The notes under the pieces were generated by a model, which did not search any database, had not been told where the DNA came from, and saw only the letters and a program-made list of their open reading frames with translations. The translations under genes were made by a program, and so were the position numbers. A stretch of 63,701 bases of DNA, filler included, from Salisapilia sapeloensis CBS 127946 (lineage: Eukaryota; Protista; Oomycota): the NCBI GenBank assembly GCA_023334545.1. It is 5 parts of 5 records of this genome, joined end to end, with 100 filler letters (N's around TTAATTAATTAA, not from the genome) between each part and the next. Parts side by side here need not be neighbours in the genome. Positions count along the whole stretch, not along the records: positions 1 to 25,483 come from JAADVB010000251.1; positions 25,584 to 57,244 come from JAADVB010000217.1; 3 more parts are not named here. One strand, 5' to 3'. This document shows positions 22,793-33,520 of this stretch, one piece after another (position 1 is the stretch's first letter; each line of letters opens with the position of its first letter).

Positions 22793-24526
22793 CTAGGTCA
22801 TCAACGGATCTTTTGGTGTACTTTTATCTGCAGCAATGCCGACAAACGTCGGGAAACGCGGGATACCGCTCTTGGTGAGCTCCTGACACTTGTACACAAT
22901 GATCGATCCGATGGCTGGTGGGTTCGATCGTTGAGCATCTGACATGCCACTCGCGACCTTGAAGGTCTTGCCACTCGCCATGCGACATAAGAGCGCTCCC
23001 GTCATGTCCTTGTACTTGCCTTTGCCACCTTCATGCGACACGACTTCCGCTTCGCCGTCGTAGAAAGACTTGAGCTTAAGCAAAGACTTGGATCGAACGC
23101 GATCGTACTTGCTTTGCGGTTTACGTAGCATGACGCCTTCACCTCCTAGAGCTTCAATCTCCTTTAGCATCTCGTACACGTGATCATGGTCACGGCATGT
23201 CGTATGCTCCACCCACGTCATGTATGCCGACGCTGTACGGCGAACTAGCTCCTGTCCGTGGCTCATCCGATCTTCGAACGCATCTTGGTCGGATGTCAGC
23301 GCATCGAATACCTTGTACACGATGTCGGCCCATTTTTCCGATCCTTGCGTTTTCACGACACCCACCGTCACGTCAAATTGACCTCTCCCACCAAACAGTT
23401 CGCCATCCAAGTCCACATCATCCGGAAAGTCTTGCTTAAACCAGTCCGGAGCAGGATAGATATTCCCTTCTCTCGAAAGAAATTCACGGCGAGAGGCTTT
23501 CCAGTACGCACGCACACCGTCGAGCTTCTCACTCATCCACCAGCCTTCGACATTTTGCTTCGTAGGATCCCACTTGAACGCTAGCATCACATTCGGACGG
23601 TCCTTTGGTCGTTTCGTTGGTGTCAATGCTTTTTGAGCTTTTTGCTCAGATAAATTGACTCGAGCTTGTTCGAATTCAGCTCCAAGGAGCTGCACTAAGT
23701 GCTTGCAACTGCGATTGGACGGAGCAACGCCACCTTGGAAGCGCCACGCTGGACAACTACACGTATACCCGTCTGCCGTACGCTTAATGGTGTAGGTACT
23801 ACCTGAATCACTTTTCAAGTGAGTGGTATCTCCAACCTCGAGTACCGTCTTGGGTTGCACATCCGCCGACGCCGACGCTTCAGATGTATCCATGTGAGCA
23901 TCGTAGTCATCTGTAGACGAATCCGCCAGTTTCTGATTCCATTCCTCTTCCGAGAGAAGTATCGCGCCTACTTTTTCAGCGGCTTCAACTTTTTTACCAG
24001 ACTTATCTCCACACACGACGATGGTCGTCACTTTCGTGACTCGAGGAGCGACGGAGAAACCAGCTCGAGTTGCCGCTTCCTTCGCTTCAATACGGGTCTG
24101 AGTCACCAACTTACCAGTAAACACCACGACTTCTTCCGAACTGGCCTTGGCTGTCTTTTTCACAGGAGACTTGGCGTTTGCTTGGTTTTCGGCAGTGCGT
24201 TTAGTGCCTCGACGTCCACTCGGTTTCTCTTCGTCTGCTCCTGTCGACACGACTTCACGCTGTGGACTCACGTCTCTCACTTGCTTTCGACTCGACTCTT
24301 CTGCCTCAAGTCGAGACATCCATTCCGCTTCCGTCATTACGGTGATGTTGTCGTTTTGAGCAGATTCAATTTTCTTTGCGCCTACCTTTTCACCACAAAC
24401 AAGAATCGTCGTACTTTTATTCATCGCATTACTCGTCTTGTAGCCATACTCCTCAGCTTGCTTCATCGCTTCTGATCGAGTCATATTGGTAAGTTTGCCA
24501 GTGAAGACGACATGTTCAGAGCTCAT
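22793..24526 (-). CDS. ATP-dependent DNA ligase (minimal bacterial/viral type) with two N-terminal BRCT domains and a SWIM zinc finger
   Basis: Ligase motifs I MSEKLDGVRA, III LDGEL, IIIa YKVFDA, IV GEGVML, V LLKLK, then an OB fold ending IPRFPTF. Two VVFTGKL...TR.EA...T.I.VCG.K BRCT repeats. SWIM CSC-x15-CKH. Intronless. Confidence 0.88.
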   Translation of the reverse strand: MSSEHVVFTGKLTNMTRSEAMKQAEEYGYKTSNAMNKSTTILVCGEKVGAKKIESAQNDNITVMTEAEWMSRLEAEESSRKQVRDVSPQREVVSTGADEEKPSGRRGTKRTAENQANAKSPVKKTAKASSEEVVVFTGKLVTQTRIEAKEAATRAGFSVAPRVTKVTTIVVCGDKSGKKVEAAEKVGAILLSEEEWNQKLADSSTDDYDAHMDTSEASASADVQPKTVLEVGDTTHLKSDSGSTYTIKRTADGYTCSCPAWRFQGGVAPSNRSCKHLVQLLGAEFEQARVNLSEQKAQKALTPTKRPKDRPNVMLAFKWDPTKQNVEGWWMSEKLDGVRAYWKASRREFLSREGNIYPAPDWFKQDFPDDVDLDGELFGGRGQFDVTVGVVKTQGSEKWADIVYKVFDALTSDQDAFEDRMSHGQELVRRTASAYMTWVEHTTCRDHDHVYEMLKEIEALGGEGVMLRKPQSKYDRVRSKSLLKLKSFYDGEAEVVSHEGGKGKYKDMTGALLCRMASGKTFKVASGMSDAQRSNPPAIGSIIVYKCQELTKSGIPRFPTFVGIAADKSTPKDPLMT

Positions 24527-25148
24527 GATAAGTTGGCAGTTGCTCGCTCAAGTCGAATTGGATTATGGAAACCGATAAAGTTTGCAGTTCGCTTCAAGTA
24601 GTGGTTACTATTTTCATGAGTCATTACATTCCTTACGTGGTTGCTCTCTATTTGATACAAAGATCAGGTGGATGGTTAAGGTTACTCAAAACCACAGTAC
24701 GCAAAGTGATTTTAATTAGAAACCCCGATAGAATCGATTATGGAAACCTAGAAACAAGGGACTTGTAAAAGCACAATGCATGTTCATGCAGAAAGCTCAT
24801 AATCATAATGATATATATCATGCTCTAACCGAGTTTTACAAGATGCTAGAAACTATCAGATGGATGGAGAAGCATGACCATAAATTACGCAAAGAGTATT
24901 TTATCGCAATTATACTTTCGAAAGTAAGCATGAAATGGAGTTGCCGCGACATTCCCAAAGGGATGGCTGGATTGTAAAGGAAAGACAAGCTCAAGATAAA
25001 GATTGGACTGAAAGTCGTAGTATGTTTTCAATAATAAACCTTACGCCAGTGAATCCATAGACATCATCGATACTATGGGAATCGAACATGAAACGTTCAA
25101 ATCAATCAGAAGAAAACAGCACACTTTTTGCTTTATTTCAAGAAGCTA

Positions 25149-25483
25149 TTCATGCATATTTTATTTAACTTTCCGGTGTATTTCGATACTCTTTTCTCCT
25201 TCCAATGAAGGTGTGACCTAGACATTTGAATGCTGAACGGGACGTACGTCGCTCCGGTTCATTAATAGCGACTTCCTTATGCTTGGCTTTGTTATGAAGA
25301 CGAGAAAGAAAGAGGAGTGGCTTGAGAATGGCACGTTCTCCATTTCTCGTACTGGAGCCTACTCCAGTTTCCCATTGTAGGCGAAGACTTCCGTCCATGT
25401 ATCGATGGGGTTGATATGGTCCCTTGATCTCGTCCTGTATGGCTGGCTTTTCACCCTTGTGCAGCGCTACTAGCGCCTCATAT
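25149..25483 (-). repeat. Inverted repeat copy B at the right end of contig 1
   Basis: Reverse complement of 1-335, with about 16 mismatches and no gaps. Confidence 0.97.
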
Positions 25484-25583
25484 NNNNNNNNNNNNNNNNN
25501 NNNNNNNNNNNNNNNNNNNNNNNNNNNTTAATTAATTAANNNNNNNNNNNNNNNNNNNNNNNNNNNNNNNNNNNNNNNNNNNN
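25484..25583. other. Artificial contig linker (44 N + TTAATTAATTAA + 44 N)
   Basis: Exactly 100 nt with stops in all six frames. The same structure occurs at all four gaps. Confidence 0.98.
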
Positions 25584-26177
25584 ATTGGAGCGTTGGGCAA
25601 GACCGGTCGAGGTATCTGCGAGTACAGTGGTGTGGACCCGAGTGAAGTCGACATCCTCATGGGCACCTTTACCAAAAGCTTTGGTGGCATCGGAGGATAC
25701 ATTGCTGCCTCTCACGAGATCATTGCCGCCATCCGCAACTCAAGCGCAGGTGCCCACTACGCCACTGCCTTGTCTCCTGTGATCGCCATGCAAGTGCTGA
25801 CGGCACTGCGTATCATCTGGGGCAAAGAAGGAGGTGATTTGGGCGCAAGAAAGTTGGCGCAACTACGAGATAATAGTAACTACTTCCGCCAGAGACTCTA
25901 CGAAATGGGTGTCACGACGCTCGGCAACTTGGATTCGCCCGTGATTCCGGTCATGCTGTACTACTTGTCAAAAGTCGGAGAGTTCTCGAGGGAATGCCTG
26001 AAGCGCGACTTGGCAGTGGTAACCGTCGGTTTCCCCGCGACGCCGTTGCTCTTGTCTCGCGTTCGTTTCTGCATATCTGCCGCCCACACAAGGAAAGATT
26101 TAGATGATGCATTAGCTAAATTAGCAGAAGTAAGTGAAATCTGTCACGTGCGATATGAATCGCACGCAATGGGGTAA
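25584..26177 (+). CDS. LCB2: Serine palmitoyltransferase LCB2 subunit, paralog A (5'-truncated by the contig edge)
   Basis: PLP-lysine motif MGTFTKSFG, DSPVIP, VGFPATP, RFCISAAHT. Confidence 0.9.
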   Translation: MGALGKTGRGICEYSGVDPSEVDILMGTFTKSFGGIGGYIAASHEIIAAIRNSSAGAHYATALSPVIAMQVLTALRIIWGKEGGDLGARKLAQLRDNSNYFRQRLYEMGVTTLGNLDSPVIPVMLYYLSKVGEFSRECLKRDLAVVTVGFPATPLLLSRVRFCISAAHTRKDLDDALAKLAEVSEICHVRYESHAMG

Positions 26178-26219
26178 ACGAGTAGATGGGTGCAACGGAA
26201 ATGGATGATTTGCTTCTTT

Positions 26220-27020
26220 TTATTCATGCTCTTCCGTTTCCGTCGGTCGAACACGAACGTTACCAACGTCCATGACGAGCGATAGTTCATACAATGTGTT
26301 CTATGCTAATGATGAGATACATGTATATAACACGAGTGAAGAGAAGATGTACCTCGAGTTTACGAGCGTTGTACTTGATGGAATCAAACTTCTTACGAAG
26401 AGCTCCATTGCGGAAGTCGAACTGAAGCAACTCTTCTTGAATGGATAGCACCATCTCACGGCAGAGAGTGACTTCATCGACATCACGAGCAGTCGCTTTG
26501 GCGACGCCGTATCGCACAATTTCGCCAGACATGTCAAGAATGCCTCCTAAGTACTCTGTTGGCGTAAGCTGAGGAATCTCTTGCATTGGGAGTAAAGATT
26601 TGTGCGTCAAGTAATGCGCAAAGCATTTGCCTTCGGCGTACTCCTCCAAAGAACTGGAGTAGGCGCCGTCTCGAAGAGTCGGGTTCGCTTGGATCATCGG
26701 TTGCAAGTCGGTCATGACAGACTCGGCCGTCGTGAACAACTTGTTCGCTTGCGCATCATCACCTCGATGCAATGCAAAGATAGCTTGTTTCGATGCCTTT
26801 TGGATCTCTCGCGATCGTTTGATTACTTGTTCACGCAACTCGTCATATTCTTTCATTTCTACATGCCATCGTCGGGTCCATCAAGTCTGTCTACATGTGT
26901 CTAAGTATTCATCTTACGAGCATTTATGCGTGCGAATTCGTCCGTATCAAGTAGTTGCAAACGCGGTTTCTTCACGTCGCTCAACGATTTTGCGAGTAGC
27001 TTACGCTTCGCATTCGACAT
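26220..27020 (-). CDS. Translin/TRAX family (C3PO) protein, TRAX-type acidic motifs, 3 exons
   Basis: Introns 26859-26917 and 26301-26352 give MSNAKRK...YDELREQVIKRSR...EEYAEG...EYLGGILDMSGEIVRY...NGALRKKFDSIKY...ENTLYELSL...*. Confidence 0.85.
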
Positions 27021-27367
27021 CGTGCTGATCCGTCCGTATCTCACGCGTCGTGTCAATCTCGAGAGCATGCCTTCCATCGAATAGCAATCGAATAGCAATC
27101 GGCGATCGGACGATCAGTCGTACTTAATCGAGATCCACCGGTGGAGATGCACAGTACGGGGGAGCTGATCATTTTTATCACGACAAGAGACACCGAGTGC
27201 TTGTACGTGTTCAGTATTGCTTCCTCATCTAGGTTCACTTTTCTGAGATTTGATTCTTTCACTCGTAGATCCACTCACTTGACATTGATATCGTCTACTA
27301 CAGTACGTCTTTCCTTTGGTATCACACACCTGCTAGATCCTCATTAAGAGCATTCGTAGCGCCAAGC

Positions 27368-28792
27368 ATGAGCAAAGTCGTTCGTCAAAGTAAATTCCGA
27401 CATGTGTACTTGGAACCGGCTAAGTTCGAGAACTCGTACACCAACCTCCGGCTCGCGACTACGACTGGAGAGCACAACTACATTAAGGGGAACACCAAGT
27501 TCTTCTGTGTCGCCATCAATGCAGGCGGTGGAGCCATGGCCGTCGTCCCGTACGAAAAAGTAGGCAAGTTCGACCCGAATTTCCCACTTGTCGCGGGACA
27601 CAAAGGAGCGGTCTACGACTTTGACTTCAATCCTTTCCACGAGCACCTCCTAGCCTCCGGATCGGATGACACGACGATCAAAGTCTGGGGCATCCCGGAA
27701 GGTGGGCTCAGTGAGACCTGCACGGAACCTCTAGTCGACCTCCACGGCCACGGACGTAAGGTCACGTTGATCAAGTTCCACCCGACGGCCAACAACATCC
27801 TAGCATCCACCTCGTCAGACTTTTCAGCTCGCTTGTGGGACATTGAAAAGGGCCAAGAGGTCCTTCAGATGGAAGAGTGGGGGGAGAACCTCGTGCAAGA
27901 CCTCCAGTGGAGCTACACGGGCAATCTCCTCGGTACGAGCTGCAAAGATAAGACCGTGAGGCTGTATGACGCTCGTAGCGGCCAAGTCGCGGCGCAGAAA
28001 GAGGGAGCGCATGAAGGCTCGAAGAGTGTCAAGATGGCTTTCTTAGGAGATAAAGAGACGTTCGTGACGGTCGGGTTCACGAGACAAAGCCAGCGTCAGT
28101 TTAAGGTCTGGGATCCTCGAAACATGGACAAGGAACTAAAGAAGGTGGACATTGACCAAGCCGCGGGTGTCATCATCCCACTCTACGACCCAGACACGAA
28201 CCTCTTGTTCCTATGTGGCAAGGGAGATGGTAACGTCAGATACTATGAAATGTCCGGTGGAGAACCGTATGCCTTCCCTGTGAGCGAGTACCGATCTACG
28301 ACGGCCGCCAAGGGCATGGCCATGATTCCCAAGCGCGGATGTGACATCATGAAGTGTGAGACGGACCGACTACTCAAACTGACGTCGAACGCCGTCGAGC
28401 CACTGCATGTGTACGTTCCTCGCAAGTCCGATGCGTTCCAGGACGACATCTTTCCGGACACGTACGCTGGCGTGCCATCCATGACAGCGGACGACTGGTT
28501 GCAGGGCACGGACAACTCGCCTGCGCTTATGTCGTTGAACCCGAACTCGTTTGGTAAGATCACATTCGACGGCAAACGCTCTCGAACGGCTTCGACTAGA
28601 TCCACTTCGTCCAGTTCGTCTCGTTCGTCTCGCGTGAATCGCACGGCGTCGGGTGTGAAGAGCTTATTGAGTCGCAGCAAGAACTCGTCGGAAGACGCTG
28701 GTGAGTCCAAGCTGCAAGCTGAATTGGATGCTGCCAAGGCACGCATTGCGGAATTGGAAGCCAAGTTGCAAGAGAATGGCATTTCGTATTAG
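27368..28792 (+). CDS. Coronin (WD40 propeller plus C-terminal coiled coil)
   Basis: MSKVVRQSKFRHVY, GHKGAVYDFDFNPF, CGKGDGNVRYYE, VPRKSDAFQDDIFPDT, and the C-terminal LQAELDAAKARIAELEAKL. Confidence 0.95.
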   Translation: MSKVVRQSKFRHVYLEPAKFENSYTNLRLATTTGEHNYIKGNTKFFCVAINAGGGAMAVVPYEKVGKFDPNFPLVAGHKGAVYDFDFNPFHEHLLASGSDDTTIKVWGIPEGGLSETCTEPLVDLHGHGRKVTLIKFHPTANNILASTSSDFSARLWDIEKGQEVLQMEEWGENLVQDLQWSYTGNLLGTSCKDKTVRLYDARSGQVAAQKEGAHEGSKSVKMAFLGDKETFVTVGFTRQSQRQFKVWDPRNMDKELKKVDIDQAAGVIIPLYDPDTNLLFLCGKGDGNVRYYEMSGGEPYAFPVSEYRSTTAAKGMAMIPKRGCDIMKCETDRLLKLTSNAVEPLHVYVPRKSDAFQDDIFPDTYAGVPSMTADDWLQGTDNSPALMSLNPNSFGKITFDGKRSRTASTRSTSSSSSRSSRVNRTASGVKSLLSRSKNSSEDAGESKLQAELDAAKARIAELEAKLQENGISY

Positions 28793-29084
28793 AGAGGACG
28801 AAAGGAGACACCCGTCTACGGTAGACATTTTCAGACAAGTGAAGCTGTAGGTAGAGAAAGAAACAAGACAATGGAAATGTGATTCATTCAGTTTGATCGG
28901 GTGGTTCGCTTACGATGAAGAGCGACTTTGAAGGGTGCGATAGATGCCACCGTGTCGTGGTTTCTAGTCGAGGTGTTAGTGGACGTTGTGAGGCAGTTGC
29001 ATTGGTTCTACCTTGCTTGTTAAACGTGACTCGTATGGAGATGGATGTTCCTCTAGTAGTAAGCACAAGAGAGTTAGGTAGAGG

Positions 29085-29832
29085 TCATCGGTAGATGCGT
29101 TGGAGATACATGCCGTCTACGATCTCTGGCCCACCAGTAAAGTTACTGACCATGACTGGTTGCGCTTCGGCATTCGCGTTTTGGAGTAGTAAGGCATAGA
29201 TACCGCCATGCTTTGGCTTTTTCTCCGGTAATGGTCGTGCTTTCGAGCTGGATGATGATGATCGTCGTCGAGGACGATATGCAATGTCTTGAAGTGTACA
29301 AGATGAATGCTCATTGTCTTCTGCGTCATCGGTAGAGTATGGATGTCTATCGCCACCGAGTATAACTCGCTCAAGGCTTTCTCTCCTATCCTTTCGACGT
29401 TTATCGGAGGCAGATAGATGAGGAAGGTCTTTCTTGTCATTCGCATCTTGTAAAGTCCTCGACTCCGTATCGTTATATTTTTTATATGATTCGAACTCTA
29501 TGTTATCATCATGGCCACTCCAACCGCTATCTTCCTGCGTTTCTCCATGCGGGCTTTGCAACGCCTGAAAAGACCACTTAGTACAATAGACACAACGCAT
29601 TAAGCAACATGCTAGAGGTAGTTACGAGAGCTTCTAGAGAAACATCGATAGCCTGGTTGTTCGTCCTAGCAGGTAGTAGAGGTTGATTGTTTCCAATTTG
29701 TAGTCGAGGAGGTAGGTCGAGTTCCATTTCCACTAGTTCATCTAATCCATACGTCGACTCGCCAAGCTCTTCATCCTGATTTCCTTCTTCTTCCATGCGT
29801 CGCATTTCCATCCTCTTTTCTTCGTCGGCCAT
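29085..29832 (-). CDS. Hypothetical acidic/low-complexity protein, 2 exons
   Basis: ORFs 29578-29832 and 29085-29600 join in frame via a GTAACT...TTTCAG intron (LEAL^ALQSP). No family recognised. Confidence 0.5.
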
Positions 29833-29908
29833 GATCCTGTTATTGAACAGTCACAAGTAACTACTAGCGAAATCGTTTCTATTTCATCTTTATCCCATTC
29901 CACAATGA

Positions 29909-31861
29909 TTAGGACCACGACTCGACCACGTATCGCTTCGTACGTTGCATCTTTTTCAACAAATTATCCGCATCTTTCAACGATAGCTTCGCTTCTGCTC
30001 TCAAGATATCTCGCAACGCTTCAAACACATCATTGGGCATACGTTTCGCCGACCCAGCGATGTAGATGTATCCTCCATTCAAGATATGCTGACACACCTC
30101 TTCCTTTGCTTCCACCAGTTTCGTTTGGACATAGACCTTGTGGCTTTGATCACGTGAAAAGGCAGGATAGAAACGTGTAAGGTCGCCAGCATTCTCCATT
30201 GCTAGTAGCTCCTGCCCGTATAAGAAATCTTTATCTTGATGCCGACAACCAAAGAACAGATACGTGTTGCCAGGATGAGGCGACGTCGTACGTAATACCT
30301 TGCGTTCTAAAGCAATGGCACGAGGTGAGGCGAGACCAGTACCTGGTCCTACCATGAGAATACTCTCATCAATGTCTGGCGGTTGAAACACGCCATGTTT
30401 CAGCCACATGGGCACATAGGTCGTCTCTGTTGATAGTTGCTCAAAGTAGGATGAAGCAATGCCTTTTCGACGTCGCTTATAACGAGTCAAGAAGTCCACA
30501 ATAGCTACACTTAGATGCACCTGTCCACATGCGTTAGTCTAGATCTCAAGATAGAAGACAAAGGGACTTTACTTGATGTGGATAGAGGAGAGAAGAGGAC
30601 GCAATGGAATACTGACGAGGCTTTAGACGTGGAACGAGCTGTAGGATCATCGCCAGTGATAATTTGGCACTAGGAAAGTCGCTCAGGACCTCTGCGTACG
30701 TCCGTTTCTCTCGAATGCAGTAGTCATACAAGAGATCGACACCTTCTGGCGACGCAATCTCTTCCAATTTCTCTTTCTATCCTTCACATGAGCGTGCATT
30801 TTCATACTGCTTTGTGTAACATGACCTACCTCTTCTTCATCTGTAGCAAAAGTAGACAATTGACTGAAAAAGCTACGACGTGGTGTGCCTAGGATGTCAA
30901 GAAACTTTTGAAAGACATCCTGAACGGTACATGGAGTTGGGAAATCCTGTTGCTTGCTTCCGTCCACTCTTTCAATAGAAACCACAGTATTTCCTTCCAT
31001 ACGAACGTACGCTAGCATCTCATCCACACCACTCGTGTTTTCCGGATAGACAACAGCTACATCACCAGCTCTGTACTCTTCCCCGTTTCGTTTCTGAGCA
31101 TGCAGAGGTAGCTCAAACTCTAGGTGTCGGACATCCTGTTGCCAGTCTGTTGCTGTAAGACGTTTATTCACAGTGAGTTTAGGTACGAGCAGTCCACTCT
31201 CTTCGTTCACGACGTGAAGTGGTGGAGCATAGAAGTTCGACGCGTCTTTCGTCGGATCAAAGCTACTGGCTGCCTGAACTGCGTCGCTATCGCTTACATT
31301 AGCAACCGTATAGACCTGTTGAACTGCCTTTGGACTATCATCAATGACGAAGCCGTCTGGAAGCGGATGCATGGATAGCACAGCTTCCCACAGAGATGTC
31401 AGCCACGGTAGGAGCGCACCAAAGTAGCCAAACTCATGCTGGTCATCACCCAAACCTCTTTGAATGAGCTCCTGAGCGCCTAGTTGTACTAGTCGAGCTT
31501 GTAGTCGACGAGCGACGGCATTAAACTTGGCATAACTCGAGTCTCCGAGTCCGAAGACGGCGGTCTGGACACCACTCAGCCAGTCTTTACCTAGGCTTTT
31601 GCGAAGGAGCGATCGCCAGCCATTGGACATATTACCAGGTGCCTCCCCATCACCTGTAGTAGATACAATGAAGATGACGAGGTTACAGCGAGGCAGACGA
31701 GTGCTGACGTCGAAGTCGTCTAGAGCTGAGACTCGCGTATCAACGAGGTTGCGATTGATTGCAAGCTGCTGCACATATTGGGCAACATCCTGGGCATTGC
31801 CTTCTTCACTGCCGTAGAGAATGAGGAGCTTGGGTGCCGTCCAACTATCGGTAGATGCCAT
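29909..31861 (-). CDS. NDOR1: NADPH-dependent diflavin oxidoreductase 1 (Tah18), 3 exons
   Basis: Flavodoxin domain LILYGSEEGNAQDVA, STTGDGE, FGLGDSSY; FAD domain QDVRH, PRQYSIASS; NADPH domain GPGTGLA, FFGCR, YVQ, ending VVESWS. ATG at 31861. Confidence 0.92.
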
Positions 31862-33520
31862 CTTCGCTATAGTTGTCAAATTCTCATGAAATGTGGCCAA
31901 ACGTTGTTGGTACACATATGGATGAAACACGGTACAGCATACGTCGAAGTTACTGCATGTTGGATCATGATTCCACGCCGCGAGTGTTACTATTTTAGTG
32001 TATATGGTTTGGTAGATGCGCATCGGCTATCTTGAAATAGCTCATGATAACCAAGAAACGAGTTAACTTTACTATTGAGGTGCATTATGACCTTTATTCC
32101 CAAGTTTCCATTGATTTTATCTCTTGAAATCAATGTTTAAAATTTTCCCGTTCATTTTCCCATCAATCTCCATATAATGGCCGTTATGGAAGGAGCTAAG
32201 ATATCAGGGTACTATTTGAGGGTACATTGTCACTGGGTCTAAAAGTCAACCTGACAACATAATCAAAAGTAAGAAACAATAGAAAAATGTTTGCATGAAT
32301 GCACGATGTTTTGAAACTTCGTTTAGTCCGTGAACCATACAAAAGCCAATGCATTCATAGGCTAAACTTAGTTACATTTCAAGATCGTGTTCGTTGAGCA
32401 GATATTCGGGTATTATCCAAGGAGCAATCGGTATAGTGAAAAGATACAAATATACAAAGACGCAAATAGTGTAATAAAAATCATGCCCAAGTCTTTGGCG
32501 GTGCATCCTATGTTTATGTCGCTACCCAGCTTGCCATTCCTATCCACGTATATCGTACGTATCTCTGTCATGCTTTGGCGGGGCATACTGTCGAGCGTAT
32601 TGTAGTTTCTCGTCGAAGTCATTTAGATTGAAGTTGCATTCGATTTACTTCCGCTATTGAGCTCTTCGACATTTTAGTGGGACGGCGTACAGTGTGAGTC
32701 ACATATATCGGTAAATTATTTCGTCCAAAACTGTACTTTGTTCCGATATAATAGCGAAGAGCTAACTAGCGCAAGTAAAGCGAAGAGCTCACCAAGTGAA
32801 GCGACTCTTTCGCGCGCATTTTCAAATTTGCACATTTCGAGCACCGGTCATGGCTTGAAGTCTTCTCGAAGATAGCTTCCTCCTGATTGCATCAAAGACC
32901 AAGACAGAAAAAGACTAAGAAAATGAATATGTACCTCCATCGGCAGTTCAGAATACTCTCTTATGCATTCGATATAGTGGAAGAAAGTTATGTTGGATTG
33001 CTACGTTATGTTTCCATAGCATGTAGCTCATCCAAATTGGCAATTCTCAACAAACACAGAGCTGTCCGATTCAATTGTCAAGGACAGAACTGCAAAAGGC
33101 GAAACCCCAATTTTGTCATATTGATATCCAGGTCGCACACGGCCCAACTGTTTACCAGAATGAAAGTGTGCTGCCGGTCTAATACTGTCAAATCTTGTCT
33201 TAATTAGATAGAACTAGTTTTCAGCTGGCAAGTTTCACAACTTCATCTTTCGAGAGCTCTAGGATGTGATATAGCGATATGTCAAGATTTACTTATGTCA
33301 TGGGTACAAGCCGATCAAGTGGCTTGATGCAAATCACCATCTATAGACAATGGTATCGTTACGGATAGAATCGAAAAAACAAGCGTCCATCCATTCAACA
33401 TGAATCTTTTCTAAATCCTGCTATAAATACGTGTCGCTCTAAGGTTATTCATTATGTTCAACTGCTAAGCAAATAGACGCATGTATTTCAAGAAAAATCT
33501 TTGTAATTGTTAATATAAGT

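Noticed and set aside
1-25483. Contig 1 as an autonomous giant transposon or virus (Polinton, Starship-like, linear plasmid)
   Set aside because: No transposase, integrase, tyrosine recombinase, protein-primed polymerase or capsid gene. The cargo is intron-containing housekeeping genes.
25528-25539. TTAATTAATTAA palindrome, repeated four times, as a biological motif
   Set aside because: Always centred in a 100-nt N run. It is an artificial six-frame stop linker, so adjacency across the gaps carries no meaning.
28243-28782. 179-aa minus-strand ORF
   Set aside because: Antisense shadow of coronin.
32020-33500. 1.5-kb intergenic stretch with short ORFs between NDOR1 and ORC1
   Set aside because: No motifs, splice-consistent model, repeats or RNA-gene signatures recognised.
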